A DNA stretch of 32,000 bases from Rhodobacter capsulatus SB 1003 (GCF_000021865.1 NC_014034.1:1830001-1862000), one strand, 5' to 3'; counted from the first letter of the stretch, positions 19,241 through 28,082 are shown. Notes: generated by a model from the letters alone, not told the origin. Made by a program: numbers and translations.

Positions 19241-20662
19241 TCAGGTGCCGCAGAAGGTCCGGGTGACGCGTTCCTCTGCCGTGGGGGCGGCCTCATAGGC
19301 GGCAAATTCGGGCGCGGGATCAAAGGGATGGGCGAGCGCCGCCTGCAGCTGCCGGAACGGGGCGAAATCGCCCGTGACGGCGGCGGCGATCACCTCTTCC
19401 AGGCGGTGGTTGCGCGGGATCCGCACCGGATTGGCCGCCGAGAGCACGGCCTGCGGCACCACCTCGCGGCGCAGCCGCGCCTGCCAGCCGGGCGCCCATG
19501 TGTCGAAGGCGGCGGGATCGGCGAATTCCTCGCGCGCCCGCCCGGTGGCCAGACCGCGGAAGGTGCGGGTGAAATCGGCGCCCTCGCTGGCCATGCGCGC
19601 AAGCAGGCTTTCGATCAGCGGCCGGTCCTCGGGGGTGGCCCGGGCCAGGCCGATCTTGCGCCCCATCCGATAAAGCCATTCCGCCTGATACGCGGGGGCA
19701 AAACCGTCGAGCACCGCCTGGGCCTGTTCCACCGCCGCCGCCTCGGGGCCGATCAGCGGCAAGAGACACGAGGCCAGCTGCGCCAGATTCCACAGCGCGA
19801 TCTGCGGCTGGTTCGCATAGGCGTAACGCCCCTGACGGTCGATCGAGGAAAACACCTTTTGCGGGTGATAGGCGTCCAGAAAGGCGCAGGGGCCATAGTC
19901 GATCGTCTCGCCCGAGAGGGCGCAATTGTCGGTGTTCATCACGCCATGGATGAAGCCGAAAGACAGCCATTGCGCCACCAGGCGCGCCTGGGCGGCCACC
20001 GCGGCGGCCAGCAGGCCAAGCGGGCCTTCCGCCTCCGGGTAATGGCGCGAAAGCGTGTAATCGCAAAGCGTTGCCAGCGCCTCCAGATCGCCGCGCGCGG
20101 CGAAATACTCAAAGGTGCCCACGCGGATATGGCTGGCGGCGATGCGCGCGATCACCGCGCCCGGCCGGGAAAACCCGTCACGATAGACGCCTTGCCCGGT
20201 CAGCACCGCGCCAAGCGCCCGCGTCGTCGGCACGCCAAAGGCCGCCATCGTCTCCGACACCAGATATTCGCGCAGAACCGGCCCGATCCAGGCCCGCCCG
20301 TCACCGCCGCGCGACCAGGGCGTGCGGCCTGCGCCTTTCAGCACCCAGTCGAACCGCATCCCGTCCGGCGCCACCAGCTCACCCAGCAGGATCGCCCGCC
20401 CGTCGCCCAGCTGCGGCACGAAGCCGCCGAACTGATGCCCCGCATAGGCCTGCGCGATCGGCTCGGCGCCTGCGGGCACCAGATTTCCGGCCAGAACCGC
20501 CGTGCCCTCGGCGCTTTCCAGCCAGCCCGCATCGATCCCCAACCGCGCCGCCAGCGCCCGGTTCACCACAACCGGAGCGGGTGCTGCCCCCGGTGTCGGA
20601 TCCTGCCGGGCAAAGAACCGCTCGGGCAGGCGGGCATAGGACGGGTCAAAGGCGAGGTGCAT
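19241..20662 (-). CDS. selO: protein adenylyltransferase SelO (YdiU/UPF0061 pseudokinase-fold AMPylase)
   Basis: The motifs [43 protein letters not shown] and HGVMNTDN are characteristic of SelO. Confidence 0.92.
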   Translation of the reverse strand: MHLAFDPSYARLPERFFARQDPTPGAAPAPVVVNRALAARLGIDAGWLESAEGTAVLAGNLVPAGAEPIAQAYAGHQFGGFVPQLGDGRAILLGELVAPDGMRFDWVLKGAGRTPWSRGGDGRAWIGPVLREYLVSETMAAFGVPTTRALGAVLTGQGVYRDGFSRPGAVIARIAASHIRVGTFEYFAARGDLEALATLCDYTLSRHYPEAEGPLGLLAAAVAAQARLVAQWLSFGFIHGVMNTDNCALSGETIDYGPCAFLDAYHPQKVFSSIDRQGRYAYANQPQIALWNLAQLASCLLPLIGPEAAAVEQAQAVLDGFAPAYQAEWLYRMGRKIGLARATPEDRPLIESLLARMASEGADFTRTFRGLATGRAREEFADPAAFDTWAPGWQARLRREVVPQAVLSAANPVRIPRNHRLEEVIAAAVTGDFAPFRQLQAALAHPFDPAPEFAAYEAAPTAEERVTRTFCGT

Positions 20663-20668
20663 GGATTA

Positions 20669-20695
20669 ACATTTGGTCCCCATGCACATTTGGTC
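20669..20695. repeat. direct repeat ACATTTGGTC x2 immediately upstream of selO
   Basis: The copies are at 20669-20678 and 20686-20695, with starts 17 bp apart. The first copy ends 6 nt from the selO start codon. Confidence 0.8.
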
Positions 20696-20761
20696 AAGGG
20701 AAACTGCGCCCCTGCACCGGGAAAAGCCGATCCTTTTCCTTGGTTCCAGGTCGCTTCTGTC

Positions 20762-21697
20762 TCAAAGCCGAGACAGGCGCTCGGTCAGCAGGCTGTAAAA
20801 GCCCTCCGCGTCGATGTCGCGCAGGAACAGCGCATTCGGCTCGCGCGGGGTCACCCGCCACCAATCGGCGACGGTCATGCCCATGGTCAGTTCCGACTGG
20901 GTCTCGATCTCGACATTGATGAAGCGGCCCTCGAAAAGATCGGGGCGCAACAGCCAGGCGATGACGCAGGGGTCATGCAGCGGCGCCCCTTCCGAACCAT
21001 ATTTCGCCCTGTCGAAGCGTTCGAAGAAATCGGTCCAGCTGGCCACGGCGGCGCCGACGGGGGTGTTCAGCGCCCGGAACGCCGCGATCCGCGGCCTTGT
21101 GGTCAGCGCCTTGTGCGTGGCATCCAGCGGCACGACCACCAGCGGCACCCCGGATTTGAACACGATTTCCGCGGCTTGCGGGTCGACGTAAATGTTGAAC
21201 TCGGCCGCCGGGGTGGTGTTGCCGACCTCGAAATAGGCGCCGCCCATCAAGACGATCCGTTCGACCTTCGAGACGATCTCGGGGGCGCGGCGAAAGGCCG
21301 TGGCGATATTCGTCAAGGGCCCAAGCGGGCAGAGCGTCACCGTCCCCGGGGCCTCGGCGCGCAGCGTCTCGATGAGGAAATCGACCGCATGCCGGTCTTG
21401 CAGGGCCATCGTGGGCTCGGGCAGGGCGATCCCGTCCAACCCGGTCTTGCCATGCACATATTCCGCCGTCACCAGCGGGCGCAAAAGCGGCCGGTCGCAG
21501 CCCGCGAAGATCTTCACATCCCGCCGCCCGGCCAGCTCGCAGACGATCCGCGCATTCTTCGTCGTCAGCGCCAAGGGCACATTGCCCGCGACACAGGTGA
21601 TGCCCAGAACCTCCAGCTCCGGGCTCGCCAGCGCCAGCAGGATCGCCACGGCGTCATCCTGGCCCGGATCGGTGTCGATGATGATCTTGCGCGTCAT
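20762..21697 (-). CDS. nucleoside hydrolase (IunH/Rih family)
   Basis: I chose the internal start MTRKIIIDTDPGQDDAVAIL, which carries the DXDXXXDD Ca-binding motif. The upstream part of the 22084 ORF is alternate-frame ABC-F sequence. Confidence 0.9.
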   Translation of the reverse strand: MTRKIIIDTDPGQDDAVAILLALASPELEVLGITCVAGNVPLALTTKNARIVCELAGRRDVKIFAGCDRPLLRPLVTAEYVHGKTGLDGIALPEPTMALQDRHAVDFLIETLRAEAPGTVTLCPLGPLTNIATAFRRAPEIVSKVERIVLMGGAYFEVGNTTPAAEFNIYVDPQAAEIVFKSGVPLVVVPLDATHKALTTRPRIAAFRALNTPVGAAVASWTDFFERFDRAKYGSEGAPLHDPCVIAWLLRPDLFEGRFINVEIETQSELTMGMTVADWWRVTPREPNALFLRDIDAEGFYSLLTERLSRL

Positions 21698-21725
21698 GTT
21701 CTGCCTCTGCCTTCGGGCCGTGCCC

Positions 21726-23582
21726 TCAGCCCGCCATTGCGGTTTCCAGCGCTTCCAGCGCCGCCATCCAGAGCTCCTCGGCCCGCGCCATCGCTTCGCG
21801 GGCTTCGGCGTGCTTGAGCATCCATTTCTCGCGCTCGGCGGCACGGGCAGCCTCGTAAAGGGTAGGATCGGCGAGTTTCTCGTCAAGCTTCGCCAGCATC
21901 TCGGCCAGCTTTTCGACCCGCTCCTCGCATTTGCGCGCCTCGGCGCGCAGCGCCAGAATCCGCTCGCGCGAGGGGGGGGCGGCCTTCTTTTCCACCGCTT
22001 TCGGCGCGGGGCGGTCCTCGGGATCGCCCGCCAGCAATTCGGCCCGGTAGGCCTCCAGATCGGCGGCATAGGGCGCCACCGCACCGCCCTTGACCAGCCA
22101 GAGCCGGTCGGCGACGAGCGACAAAAGATGCATGTCGTGGCTGACCAGGATCACCGCGCCCGAATAGGCGGTCAGCGCCTCGACCAAAGCCTCGCGGCTT
22201 TCGATGTCCAGGTGGTTCGTCGGCTCGTCAAGGATCAGCAGATGCGGCGCGTCCAAAGTGGCCAGAAGCAGCGAGAGCCGCGCCTTCTGCCCGCCCGAGA
22301 GCTTGCCCACCGCGGTTTCCGCCTGATCGGCCAGAAGCCCGAAGCCCGCCAGCCGCGCGCGCAGCTTCGATTGATGCTCCTCGGGGCGCAGGCGCTGCAA
22401 GTGCAAAAGCGGCGTCGCGGTCAGGTCCAGCTCGTCGACCTGATGCTGGGCGAAATAGCCGATCCGCAGTTTCGAGGACCGGGCAATCCGCCCCTCGCAG
22501 GTCTCGAGCTTGCCCGCCAGAAGCTTCGACAGCGTCGATTTCCCCTCGCCGTTGCGGCCCAGAAGCGCGATCCGGTCATCCTGATCGATGCGCAAATTCA
22601 GTCGCCGCAGGATCGGCTTGTCGCCATAGCCCACCGCCGCCCCATCCAGCGTGATGATCGGCGGAGAAAGCTGTTCGGGCACCGGGAAGCTGAAGACCTG
22701 TTTCGCCGCCTCCTCGGGGGCGGTGATCGGCTCCATCTTTTCCAGCATCTTGACGCGGGCCTGCGCCTGCGCGGCCTTTGTCGCCTTGGCCTTGAAGCGA
22801 TCGACGAAGCTTTGCAGATGCGCCCGCCGCGCCTCCTGCTTTTTCGCCGCTGCCGCCAGATTGGCCCGCGCCGCCGCGCGTTGACGGGCGAACTGGTCAT
22901 AGGGCCCGTTCCACAGCGTCAGCTTGCGGTTTTCCAGATGCAGGATCGCGCCCACGGCCGGGTTCAGCAAATCGCGGTCATGGCTGATGATGAGGACCGT
23001 ATGCGGGTAGCGGGCCAGATATTGTTCCAGCCACAAAGCCCCTTCCAGGTCGAGATAGTTCGTCGGCTCGTCCAGAAGCAAGAGATCGGGTTGGGCAAAC
23101 AGCACCCCCGCCAGCGCCACGCGCATCCGCCAGCCGCCCGAGAAATCCGAACAGGGGCGGCGCTGCGCCTCGGCGTCAAAGCCAAGCCCGCGCAGGATCG
23201 CCGAGGCCCGGCCCTCGGCCGACCAGGCGTCGATATCGGCCAGCCGGGTCTGGATCTCGGCAATCCGCCCCGGATCGGTCGCGGTCTGCGCCTCGGCCAG
23301 CAAATCGGCGCGTTCGGTATCGGCGGCCAGAACGGTGTCGATCAGGCTCGTGGCAGAGGAGGGCACCTCCTGCGCGACGCCGCCGATGCGGGCGTGCTGG
23401 GGCAGGCCGATCTCGCCCGATTCGAGCGCAAGCTCGCCCCGGATCAGCCGGAACAGCGTGGTTTTCCCCGCGCCATTGGCGCCGACAAGGCCGACCTTGT
23501 GTCCGGTGGGGATGCGGGCCGAGGCTGCGTCGAACAGCGGGCGGCCCTCGATGGCATAGGTGATGGCGTCAAGCGTGAGCAT
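21726..23582 (-). CDS. ABC-F family ATPase (Uup/YheS-like; two ABC domains, no TM domain)
   Basis: I chose the start MLTLDAITY. There are two Walker A sites ([18 protein letters not shown]), two signature motifs ([16 protein letters not shown]) and a C-terminal coiled coil. Confidence 0.9.
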   Translation of the reverse strand: MLTLDAITYAIEGRPLFDAASARIPTGHKVGLVGANGAGKTTLFRLIRGELALESGEIGLPQHARIGGVAQEVPSSATSLIDTVLAADTERADLLAEAQTATDPGRIAEIQTRLADIDAWSAEGRASAILRGLGFDAEAQRRPCSDFSGGWRMRVALAGVLFAQPDLLLLDEPTNYLDLEGALWLEQYLARYPHTVLIISHDRDLLNPAVGAILHLENRKLTLWNGPYDQFARQRAAARANLAAAAKKQEARRAHLQSFVDRFKAKATKAAQAQARVKMLEKMEPITAPEEAAKQVFSFPVPEQLSPPIITLDGAAVGYGDKPILRRLNLRIDQDDRIALLGRNGEGKSTLSKLLAGKLETCEGRIARSSKLRIGYFAQHQVDELDLTATPLLHLQRLRPEEHQSKLRARLAGFGLLADQAETAVGKLSGGQKARLSLLLATLDAPHLLILDEPTNHLDIESREALVEALTAYSGAVILVSHDMHLLSLVADRLWLVKGGAVAPYAADLEAYRAELLAGDPEDRPAPKAVEKKAAPPSRERILALRAEARKCEERVEKLAEMLAKLDEKLADPTLYEAARAAEREKWMLKHAEAREAMARAEELWMAALEALETAMAG

Positions 23583-23790
23583 GGTCCGGCTCTGCCCCAG
23601 CCGAGGGGCCGCGTCAATGGCGCGGGCGCGGGGCAGGGGCAATCCTTTCGGGACAGCGTTGCGCATTTGTCGCATTTCCTGCCCAAAACGGCAGTTGCCC
23701 GGGGGTTTTCAACATCCCTGCCGCATGATAGCAGGCGCCAGACGCTTTTCTGACCGGCTTGCCGGTCCCCAACCAAAGAGGCTTCCCCTC

Positions 23791-24213
23791 ATGGCCATCG
23801 AACGCACGCTTTCGATCATCAAACCCGACGCGACGCGCCGCAACCTCACCGGCAAGATCAATGCCAAATTCGAGGAAGCGGGCCTGCGCATCGTCGCGCA
23901 AAAACGCATCAAGCTGAGCCTGGAACAGGCCGGCAAATTCTACGAAGTGCACAAGGAACGCCCCTTCTATGGCGAGCTGTGCGAATTCATGGCGTCCGAG
24001 CCGGTCGTCGTGCAAGTGCTCGAAGGCGAAGGCGCGATCGCCAAGAACCGCGAAGTGATGGGCGCCACCAACCCGGCCAACGCCGTCGATGGCACCATCC
24101 GCAAGGAATTCGCCCTCTCGGTCGGCGAAAACTCGGTCCACGGCTCGGATGCGCCGGAAACCGCCGCGGTCGAAATCGCCTTCTTCTTCTCGGGCCTCGA
24201 ACTGGTCGGCTGA
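23791..24213 (+). CDS. ndk: nucleoside diphosphate kinase
   Basis: The N-terminus is [14 protein letters not shown]. The active-site motif NSVHGSD is present. AAAGAGG lies upstream. Confidence 0.97.
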   Translation: MAIERTLSIIKPDATRRNLTGKINAKFEEAGLRIVAQKRIKLSLEQAGKFYEVHKERPFYGELCEFMASEPVVVQVLEGEGAIAKNREVMGATNPANAVDGTIRKEFALSVGENSVHGSDAPETAAVEIAFFFSGLELVG

Positions 24214-24236
24214 TCGGCCGCAGTCCCGGCCTGCGG

Positions 24237-24584
24237 CTAGCGCCGAAGGCCGACGCCAATTTCGTCAAGGGCCGCCTCGATCCCGGGGTGGCCCTTTTCC
24301 TTGCCCTGCGTCCGCGCCTTCATCGCATCGAAGCGGAGGCGCAGCGCGTCCTTTTCGGCGCCGCGGCAATCGTTCCAGGGGCGGCCCTGCAGCGCCATCA
24401 CCAAAGCATAATAGCCGATGAAATGCGGCGGGTTGCCCGCGCGCAGCCAGGCTTCATAGGCCGCATCGGCGCCCATGGCGCGCAGCGCCTCGGCGCTGGC
24501 GATGCCCGCGCGGGTGAAACCCTCGGCGGTGGCGGGGCCGATGCCCGCAATGTCGGTGAGGGGAGAGGGAAGGGGGGACTGCAT
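24237..24584 (-). CDS. TfoX C-terminal-domain-only (HhH) protein
   Basis: The start MQSPLPS has GGAG upstream. The helix-hairpin-helix-like segment LTDIAGIGPATAEGFTRAGIASAEALRAMGADAAYEAWL, followed by YYALVMALQGRPWND, resembles the TfoX_C domain. There is no TfoX N-domain. Confidence 0.6.
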   Translation of the reverse strand: MQSPLPSPLTDIAGIGPATAEGFTRAGIASAEALRAMGADAAYEAWLRAGNPPHFIGYYALVMALQGRPWNDCRGAEKDALRLRFDAMKARTQGKEKGHPGIEAALDEIGVGLRR

Positions 24585-24692
24585 GGGACGCTCCGGATCA
24601 GAAGAAGTCTCTCCGATCAAGAGCCGTCCCGCAAGTCTGCGCGGCCTTTGGCCTGCGCGGCGGAGCCGGTCAGCGGCCCCGGTCCGAGGGCC

Positions 24693-24881
24693 TCAGATCG
24701 AGGCCCAGTCGGTGATCGTCTTGCCGGCCTGCACGGGTTTTTCCGCGTGGCCCTGCTGCTGCACCGAAGCTTTCGCCTCGACCTGTTGACGGTGCACGCC
24801 TTCCTGCTGGTCGGAAGACACCATTCCCATTTGTTGCGTCTGTTGCATCTCGGGCCTCGCTTTGTCGCCTTGCCCCGTCAT
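24693..24881 (-). CDS. hypothetical Gln-rich micro-protein (62 aa)
   Basis: The ATG at 24881 has GAGG about 8 nt upstream. The product is low-complexity and Q-rich, ending in ITDWASI. I recognise no family. It is called only from the ORF, the SD and the otherwise empty gap. Confidence 0.4.
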   Translation of the reverse strand: MTGQGDKARPEMQQTQQMGMVSSDQQEGVHRQQVEAKASVQQQGHAEKPVQAGKTITDWASI

Positions 24882-24984
24882 GGGGCGCCTCAATTGCGGC
24901 GACACTATGACGCAGCTAAACAGGCCCGCGCGAAAGTTCAACTCACGATGAAAGGAGCGTTAGCGTTACCCGAAACGGCCGGGC

Positions 24985-25025
24985 GGAAAATGGCCGACCC
25001 CGCAGGCGCAAACCCTGCGGGGCCG
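24985..25025 (-). terminator. probable terminator after the Rrf2 gene
   Basis: A 9-bp perfect stem, CCCCGCAGG-(7 nt)-CCTGCGGGG (24998-25022), is present. The minus-strand tail GCCATTTTCC starts a few nt after the stem. Confidence 0.5.
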
Positions 25026-25066
25026 TGAGAAATCCGTTGATTTCGAAACATTTCCGTGAGGAGCGG

Positions 25067-25573
25067 TCAGACGTCCAGATCCGCCGTCAGCGTCGCGCGG
25101 GCCCGCGGCCCCGCCCCGCAGATGCCGATCCGCGGCGCCCCGGGCAGGCGCAGAAGATGCTCCAATGCGTCGTTGTCGCGCACCAGATCGCCCACGGAAT
25201 GGCGGTCCATCGCGGTGTAAAAGGCCTCGAGCGCCGCCTCGATCGCATCGCGGAAACGGCAGGCATCGCACAGCGGACAGGTGTTGTTGTCGCCGTCCAG
25301 ACATTCGACGAAGGGCAGCACGGCTTCGAAGGTGCGCAACACCTCGCCGACGCCGATCTGATCCATCGGACGCGCCAGCCGCAACCCGCCCGAGCGCCCG
25401 CGCTGCGTTTCGATGAAGCCGCGCTGCGCCAGCGTGTTCACCACCTGCGCCAGGTGGTTTTCCGAGGCGTTGCAGGCCTCGGCGATTTCGTGCTTGCGCA
25501 CGATCCTGTCGCCGTTCACGGCGCAGAACATCAGGGTGCGCATTGCCAGGTTGGTCCGAGTCGTCAGTCGCAT
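25067..25573 (-). CDS. Rrf2-family transcriptional regulator (NsrR/RirA-like, Cys cluster for Fe-S)
   Basis: I chose the start MRLTTRTNLAMRTLMFCA, which has GGAG upstream. It has a winged-helix N-domain. The cysteine cluster is ECLDGDNNTCPLCDAC. Confidence 0.88.
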   Translation of the reverse strand: MRLTTRTNLAMRTLMFCAVNGDRIVRKHEIAEACNASENHLAQVVNTLAQRGFIETQRGRSGGLRLARPMDQIGVGEVLRTFEAVLPFVECLDGDNNTCPLCDACRFRDAIEAALEAFYTAMDRHSVGDLVRDNDALEHLLRLPGAPRIGICGAGPRARATLTADLDV

Positions 25574-25626
25574 GCTGGCTCCAGGGGTTGCCGAAAACGG
25601 AATAAGGCATGTCACAGATATTGTTT

Positions 25627-25638
25627 TGACATATGTCA
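25627..25638. promoter_or_regulatory. perfect 12-bp palindrome TGACATATGTCA, candidate Rrf2 operator
   Basis: It lies 54-65 nt upstream of the Rrf2 start codon. A further ATGTCA half-site is at 25609-25614. Confidence 0.4.
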
Positions 25639-25739
25639 GGATTTCGCGGCGATTGACAGTGCAACGGTGTCCTTGCGGCAATATGTCTGCAAGGTATTCC
25701 TTTTGCGGCAAGTCCTTGCGGGGGACGATCGGGGCGGCG

Positions 25740-25773
25740 CCAAAAGAACAGGCGCGAGGAAGAACCCCGCGCC
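25740..25773 (-). terminator. probable terminator after ccp
   Basis: On the minus strand the structure is GGCGCG-(11 nt)-CGCGCC followed by TGTTCTTTTGG. It separates ccp from the Rrf2 gene. Confidence 0.55.
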
Positions 25774-25799
25774 CTTTGTGCCGCAAATTTGCGCAGAGC

Positions 25800-26849
25800 T
25801 CAGTTCATGTGCTCGGGCCGGGGCGTCTGGGCGCTGCGCACCGGCAGGATCGGATGCACCACCTCGGGCTGCTCGCCGGTCAGCGTGCCAAGGAAGGCGG
25901 TGATCTGATCGACCTGCGTGTCGTCAAGCGTCGCGCCCAGCTGCGAATTCGCCATCACCGACACCGCCTCGCGCAGATCCCAGACCTTGCCGGAGTGGAA
26001 ATAGGGCGCGGTCAGCGCGATGTTGCGCAAGGGCCCGGCGCGGAAGACATATTCGTCATCCGCCGTCGCGGTGACCGCAAAGCGGCCCTTGTCGCCCGCG
26101 GGCAGCACCTCGGCGCCGGGTTTTTCCACCACGCCGAAGGGGTAATAGCCGTTGCCGCCGATGTTGATACCGTTGTGGCAAGCCGCGCAGCCGGTGTCGA
26201 TGAACAGCTTCAGCCCGGCCTTTTCATCCGCGCTCATCGCGCCATCGGCGCCCATCAGCCATTGGTCGAATTTCGAATTCGGCGTGATCAGCGTGGCCTC
26301 GAAGGCCTCGACCGCCAGCGCGAAATTGTCGAAGCTGATCGGGTCCTTCTGCCCCGGGAAGGCCTTGGCGAAGGCCTCGACATAGCCCGGCATCGATTGC
26401 ACCGTCGCCACCAGATTTTCGGGGGTGTTGTTCATCTCGACGCCCGCCTGCACCGGACCCTTGGCCTGCGCCGCCAGATCCGGGGCGCGGCCGTCCCAGA
26501 ATTGTGCCACGTTGAAGACGGCGTTCAGCGCGGTGGGCGCATTGCGCGGCCCCTTCTGCCAGCCGTGCCCGATCGAGGTTTCCAGCCCGTCCACCCCGCC
26601 AAGCCCGACGTTGTGGCAGGACTGACACGAGAACACGCCCGATTTCGACATCCGCGGATCAAAGAACAGCATCGCCCCCAGATCGATCTTGTCGCGGGTG
26701 ACGGTGTTGTTGTCGGCCAGCTGCGGCGCCTGCATCGGGATCACTTCAAAGAGGCCCTTGGCCTCTTCGCGCAGCGCGGCATCCTCGGCAAGGGCGGGGG
26801 CGGCAAGCAGCGTGGCCACGGCCAACAGGCTGATCTGAGTGCGTTTCAT
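25800..26849 (-). CDS. ccp: di-haem cytochrome c peroxidase (CCP/MauG family), periplasmic
   Basis: The signal peptide is MKRTQISLLAVATLLAAPALA. There are two CXXCH motifs (CQSCH, CAACH). The motif PLRNIALTAPYFHSG is present. Confidence 0.93.
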   Translation of the reverse strand: MKRTQISLLAVATLLAAPALAEDAALREEAKGLFEVIPMQAPQLADNNTVTRDKIDLGAMLFFDPRMSKSGVFSCQSCHNVGLGGVDGLETSIGHGWQKGPRNAPTALNAVFNVAQFWDGRAPDLAAQAKGPVQAGVEMNNTPENLVATVQSMPGYVEAFAKAFPGQKDPISFDNFALAVEAFEATLITPNSKFDQWLMGADGAMSADEKAGLKLFIDTGCAACHNGINIGGNGYYPFGVVEKPGAEVLPAGDKGRFAVTATADDEYVFRAGPLRNIALTAPYFHSGKVWDLREAVSVMANSQLGATLDDTQVDQITAFLGTLTGEQPEVVHPILPVRSAQTPRPEHMN

Positions 26850-26910
26850 CGGGTCCCTCCGGGTCTTTTTGAATATGGAATACTTCTAAACAGGCGGGCG
26901 GGCAGCGGTC

Positions 26911-26924
26911 TTGATCTGCGTCAA
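26911..26924 (-). promoter_or_regulatory. FNR/FnrL-type box upstream of ccp
   Basis: TTGATCTGCGTCAA matches 9/10 defined positions of TTGAT-N4-ATCAA. Its centre is about 68 nt from the ccp ATG. A -10-like TAGAAG (minus strand, 26883-26888) is placed as in a class II (-41.5) promoter. Confidence 0.55.
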
Positions 26925-27017
26925 GTTAGAATAAGTCCAGATGTGGCGGGGTGACGCAGGTTTTGGTTGACACCTCAAGTCTATCAAGGCGCAATGCGAT
27001 GAAAAGGGGGCATGTTC

Positions 27018-27995
27018 ATGGCACTGGAAGACGCGAAAAATCAGATAGATATGGCCTTCACGCGGGAAGATCCGCGCGGTCTGGCCTTCGAGAACGCCTT
27101 TGCGGGCGCGACCTCGTTTCTGCGGCGGCGCTACACCAAGGACCTGACCGGCATCGATCTTGCAGTGACCGGGGTGCCCTTCGACCAGGCCGTCACCCAT
27201 CGGCCGGGCACCCGCTTCGGGCCGCGGGCCATCCGCGAAGCCTCGACGCTGCAGGCCTTCGACGCGCCCTATGGCTGGGGCTTCGATCCGTTCAGCGAGC
27301 TGGCGATAGCCGATTACGGCGATCTGGCCTTCGACTATGCCCATACGGCCAGCTTTCCCGACCGGGTGACCGATCACATCGCAGGCATTCTGGCGCAGGG
27401 CGCGGGGGTGATCACGCTGGGGGGCGATCACTTCATCACCCTGCCGATCCTGCGCGCCTTTGCCGCCCATCACGGCCCCGTCGCGCTGGTCCATTTCGAC
27501 GCCCATTCCGACAGCTGGGCTGATGACGACATGAGCCGGATCGACCACGGCACCTTCCTGTACAAGGCGCTGAAACTGGGCTTCGTCGCCCCCGAGACCA
27601 CGGTTTCCGTCGGCATCCGCACCGACAACCCCGACACCTGCGGCGTGACCATTCTGGATGCGCCCTTCGTGCATCAGGCGGGCGTCGCCGAAACCGTGGC
27701 GCGGATCCGCGCGGTGGCGGGCGACCGGCCGACCTACATCAGCTTCGACATCGACGGCCTCGATCCGGCCTTTGCCCCGGGCACGGGCACGCCGGTCTGG
27801 GGCGGTCTGGCCAGCTGGCAGGCGGCGGCGATCCTGCGCGGGCTGGCCGGGATCAATCTGGTCGGCGGCGATGTCGTCGAGGTCTCGCCGCCCTATGACC
27901 CCACCGGCGCCACCGCGATTGCGGGCGCCCATGTCGCCACGGAGTTGATCGCGCTTTACGGTTTCACACGCCGCAAGGGCGCCAACGCATCGTGA
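27018..27995 (+). CDS. speB: agmatinase / ureohydrolase-family guanidino-compound hydrolase
   Basis: The Mn-binding arginase-fold motifs are present (GGDH, HFDAHSD, SFDIDGLDP). The start is 27018 (SD GGGGG 7 nt upstream) or 27012. Substrate specificity (agmatine versus guanidino acids) cannot be decided from the sequence alone. Confidence 0.82.
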   Translation: MALEDAKNQIDMAFTREDPRGLAFENAFAGATSFLRRRYTKDLTGIDLAVTGVPFDQAVTHRPGTRFGPRAIREASTLQAFDAPYGWGFDPFSELAIADYGDLAFDYAHTASFPDRVTDHIAGILAQGAGVITLGGDHFITLPILRAFAAHHGPVALVHFDAHSDSWADDDMSRIDHGTFLYKALKLGFVAPETTVSVGIRTDNPDTCGVTILDAPFVHQAGVAETVARIRAVAGDRPTYISFDIDGLDPAFAPGTGTPVWGGLASWQAAAILRGLAGINLVGGDVVEVSPPYDPTGATAIAGAHVATELIALYGFTRRKGANAS

Positions 27996-28010
27996 CGCAG
28001 CCCGAGGGGC

Positions 28011-28039
28011 TTGCACAGTCTCGCCGCTCTGCCTACATC
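28011..28039 (+). promoter_or_regulatory. possible sigma70-like promoter for the DUF475 gene (TTGCAC-17-TACATC)
   Basis: The hexamers have 17-nt spacing and lie 44 nt upstream of the ATG at 28083. Confidence 0.3.
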
Positions 28040-28082
28040 GCGCTCACCACCTCGCGCCCGACGGCGGCAACACGGAGACATC

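Noticed and set aside
19328-23753. Two very long plus-strand ORFs (829 aa at 19328-21817 and 817 aa at 21300-23753) lie opposite selO, the nucleoside hydrolase and the ABC-F gene.
   Set aside because: The same GC-driven stop-codon depletion explains them. They have no recognisable domains, and the minus-strand products are strongly motif-supported. The same reasoning rejects 13369-14802, 14733-15944, 16754-18211, 25413-26954, 26886-28016, 28044-29174 and 29033-30700.
24990-25028. A 12-codon mini-ORF (MADPAGANPAGP) on the plus strand has a weak purine run upstream.
   Set aside because: It coincides exactly with the two arms of the Rrf2 terminator hairpin, and its palindromic peptide reflects the stem sequence.
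28017-28082. I considered a yybP-ykoY (Mn) type riboswitch because the downstream gene is TerC-like (DUF475).
   Set aside because: The predicted leader is only about 44 nt and shows none of the four-way-junction helices. It is too short for that class.
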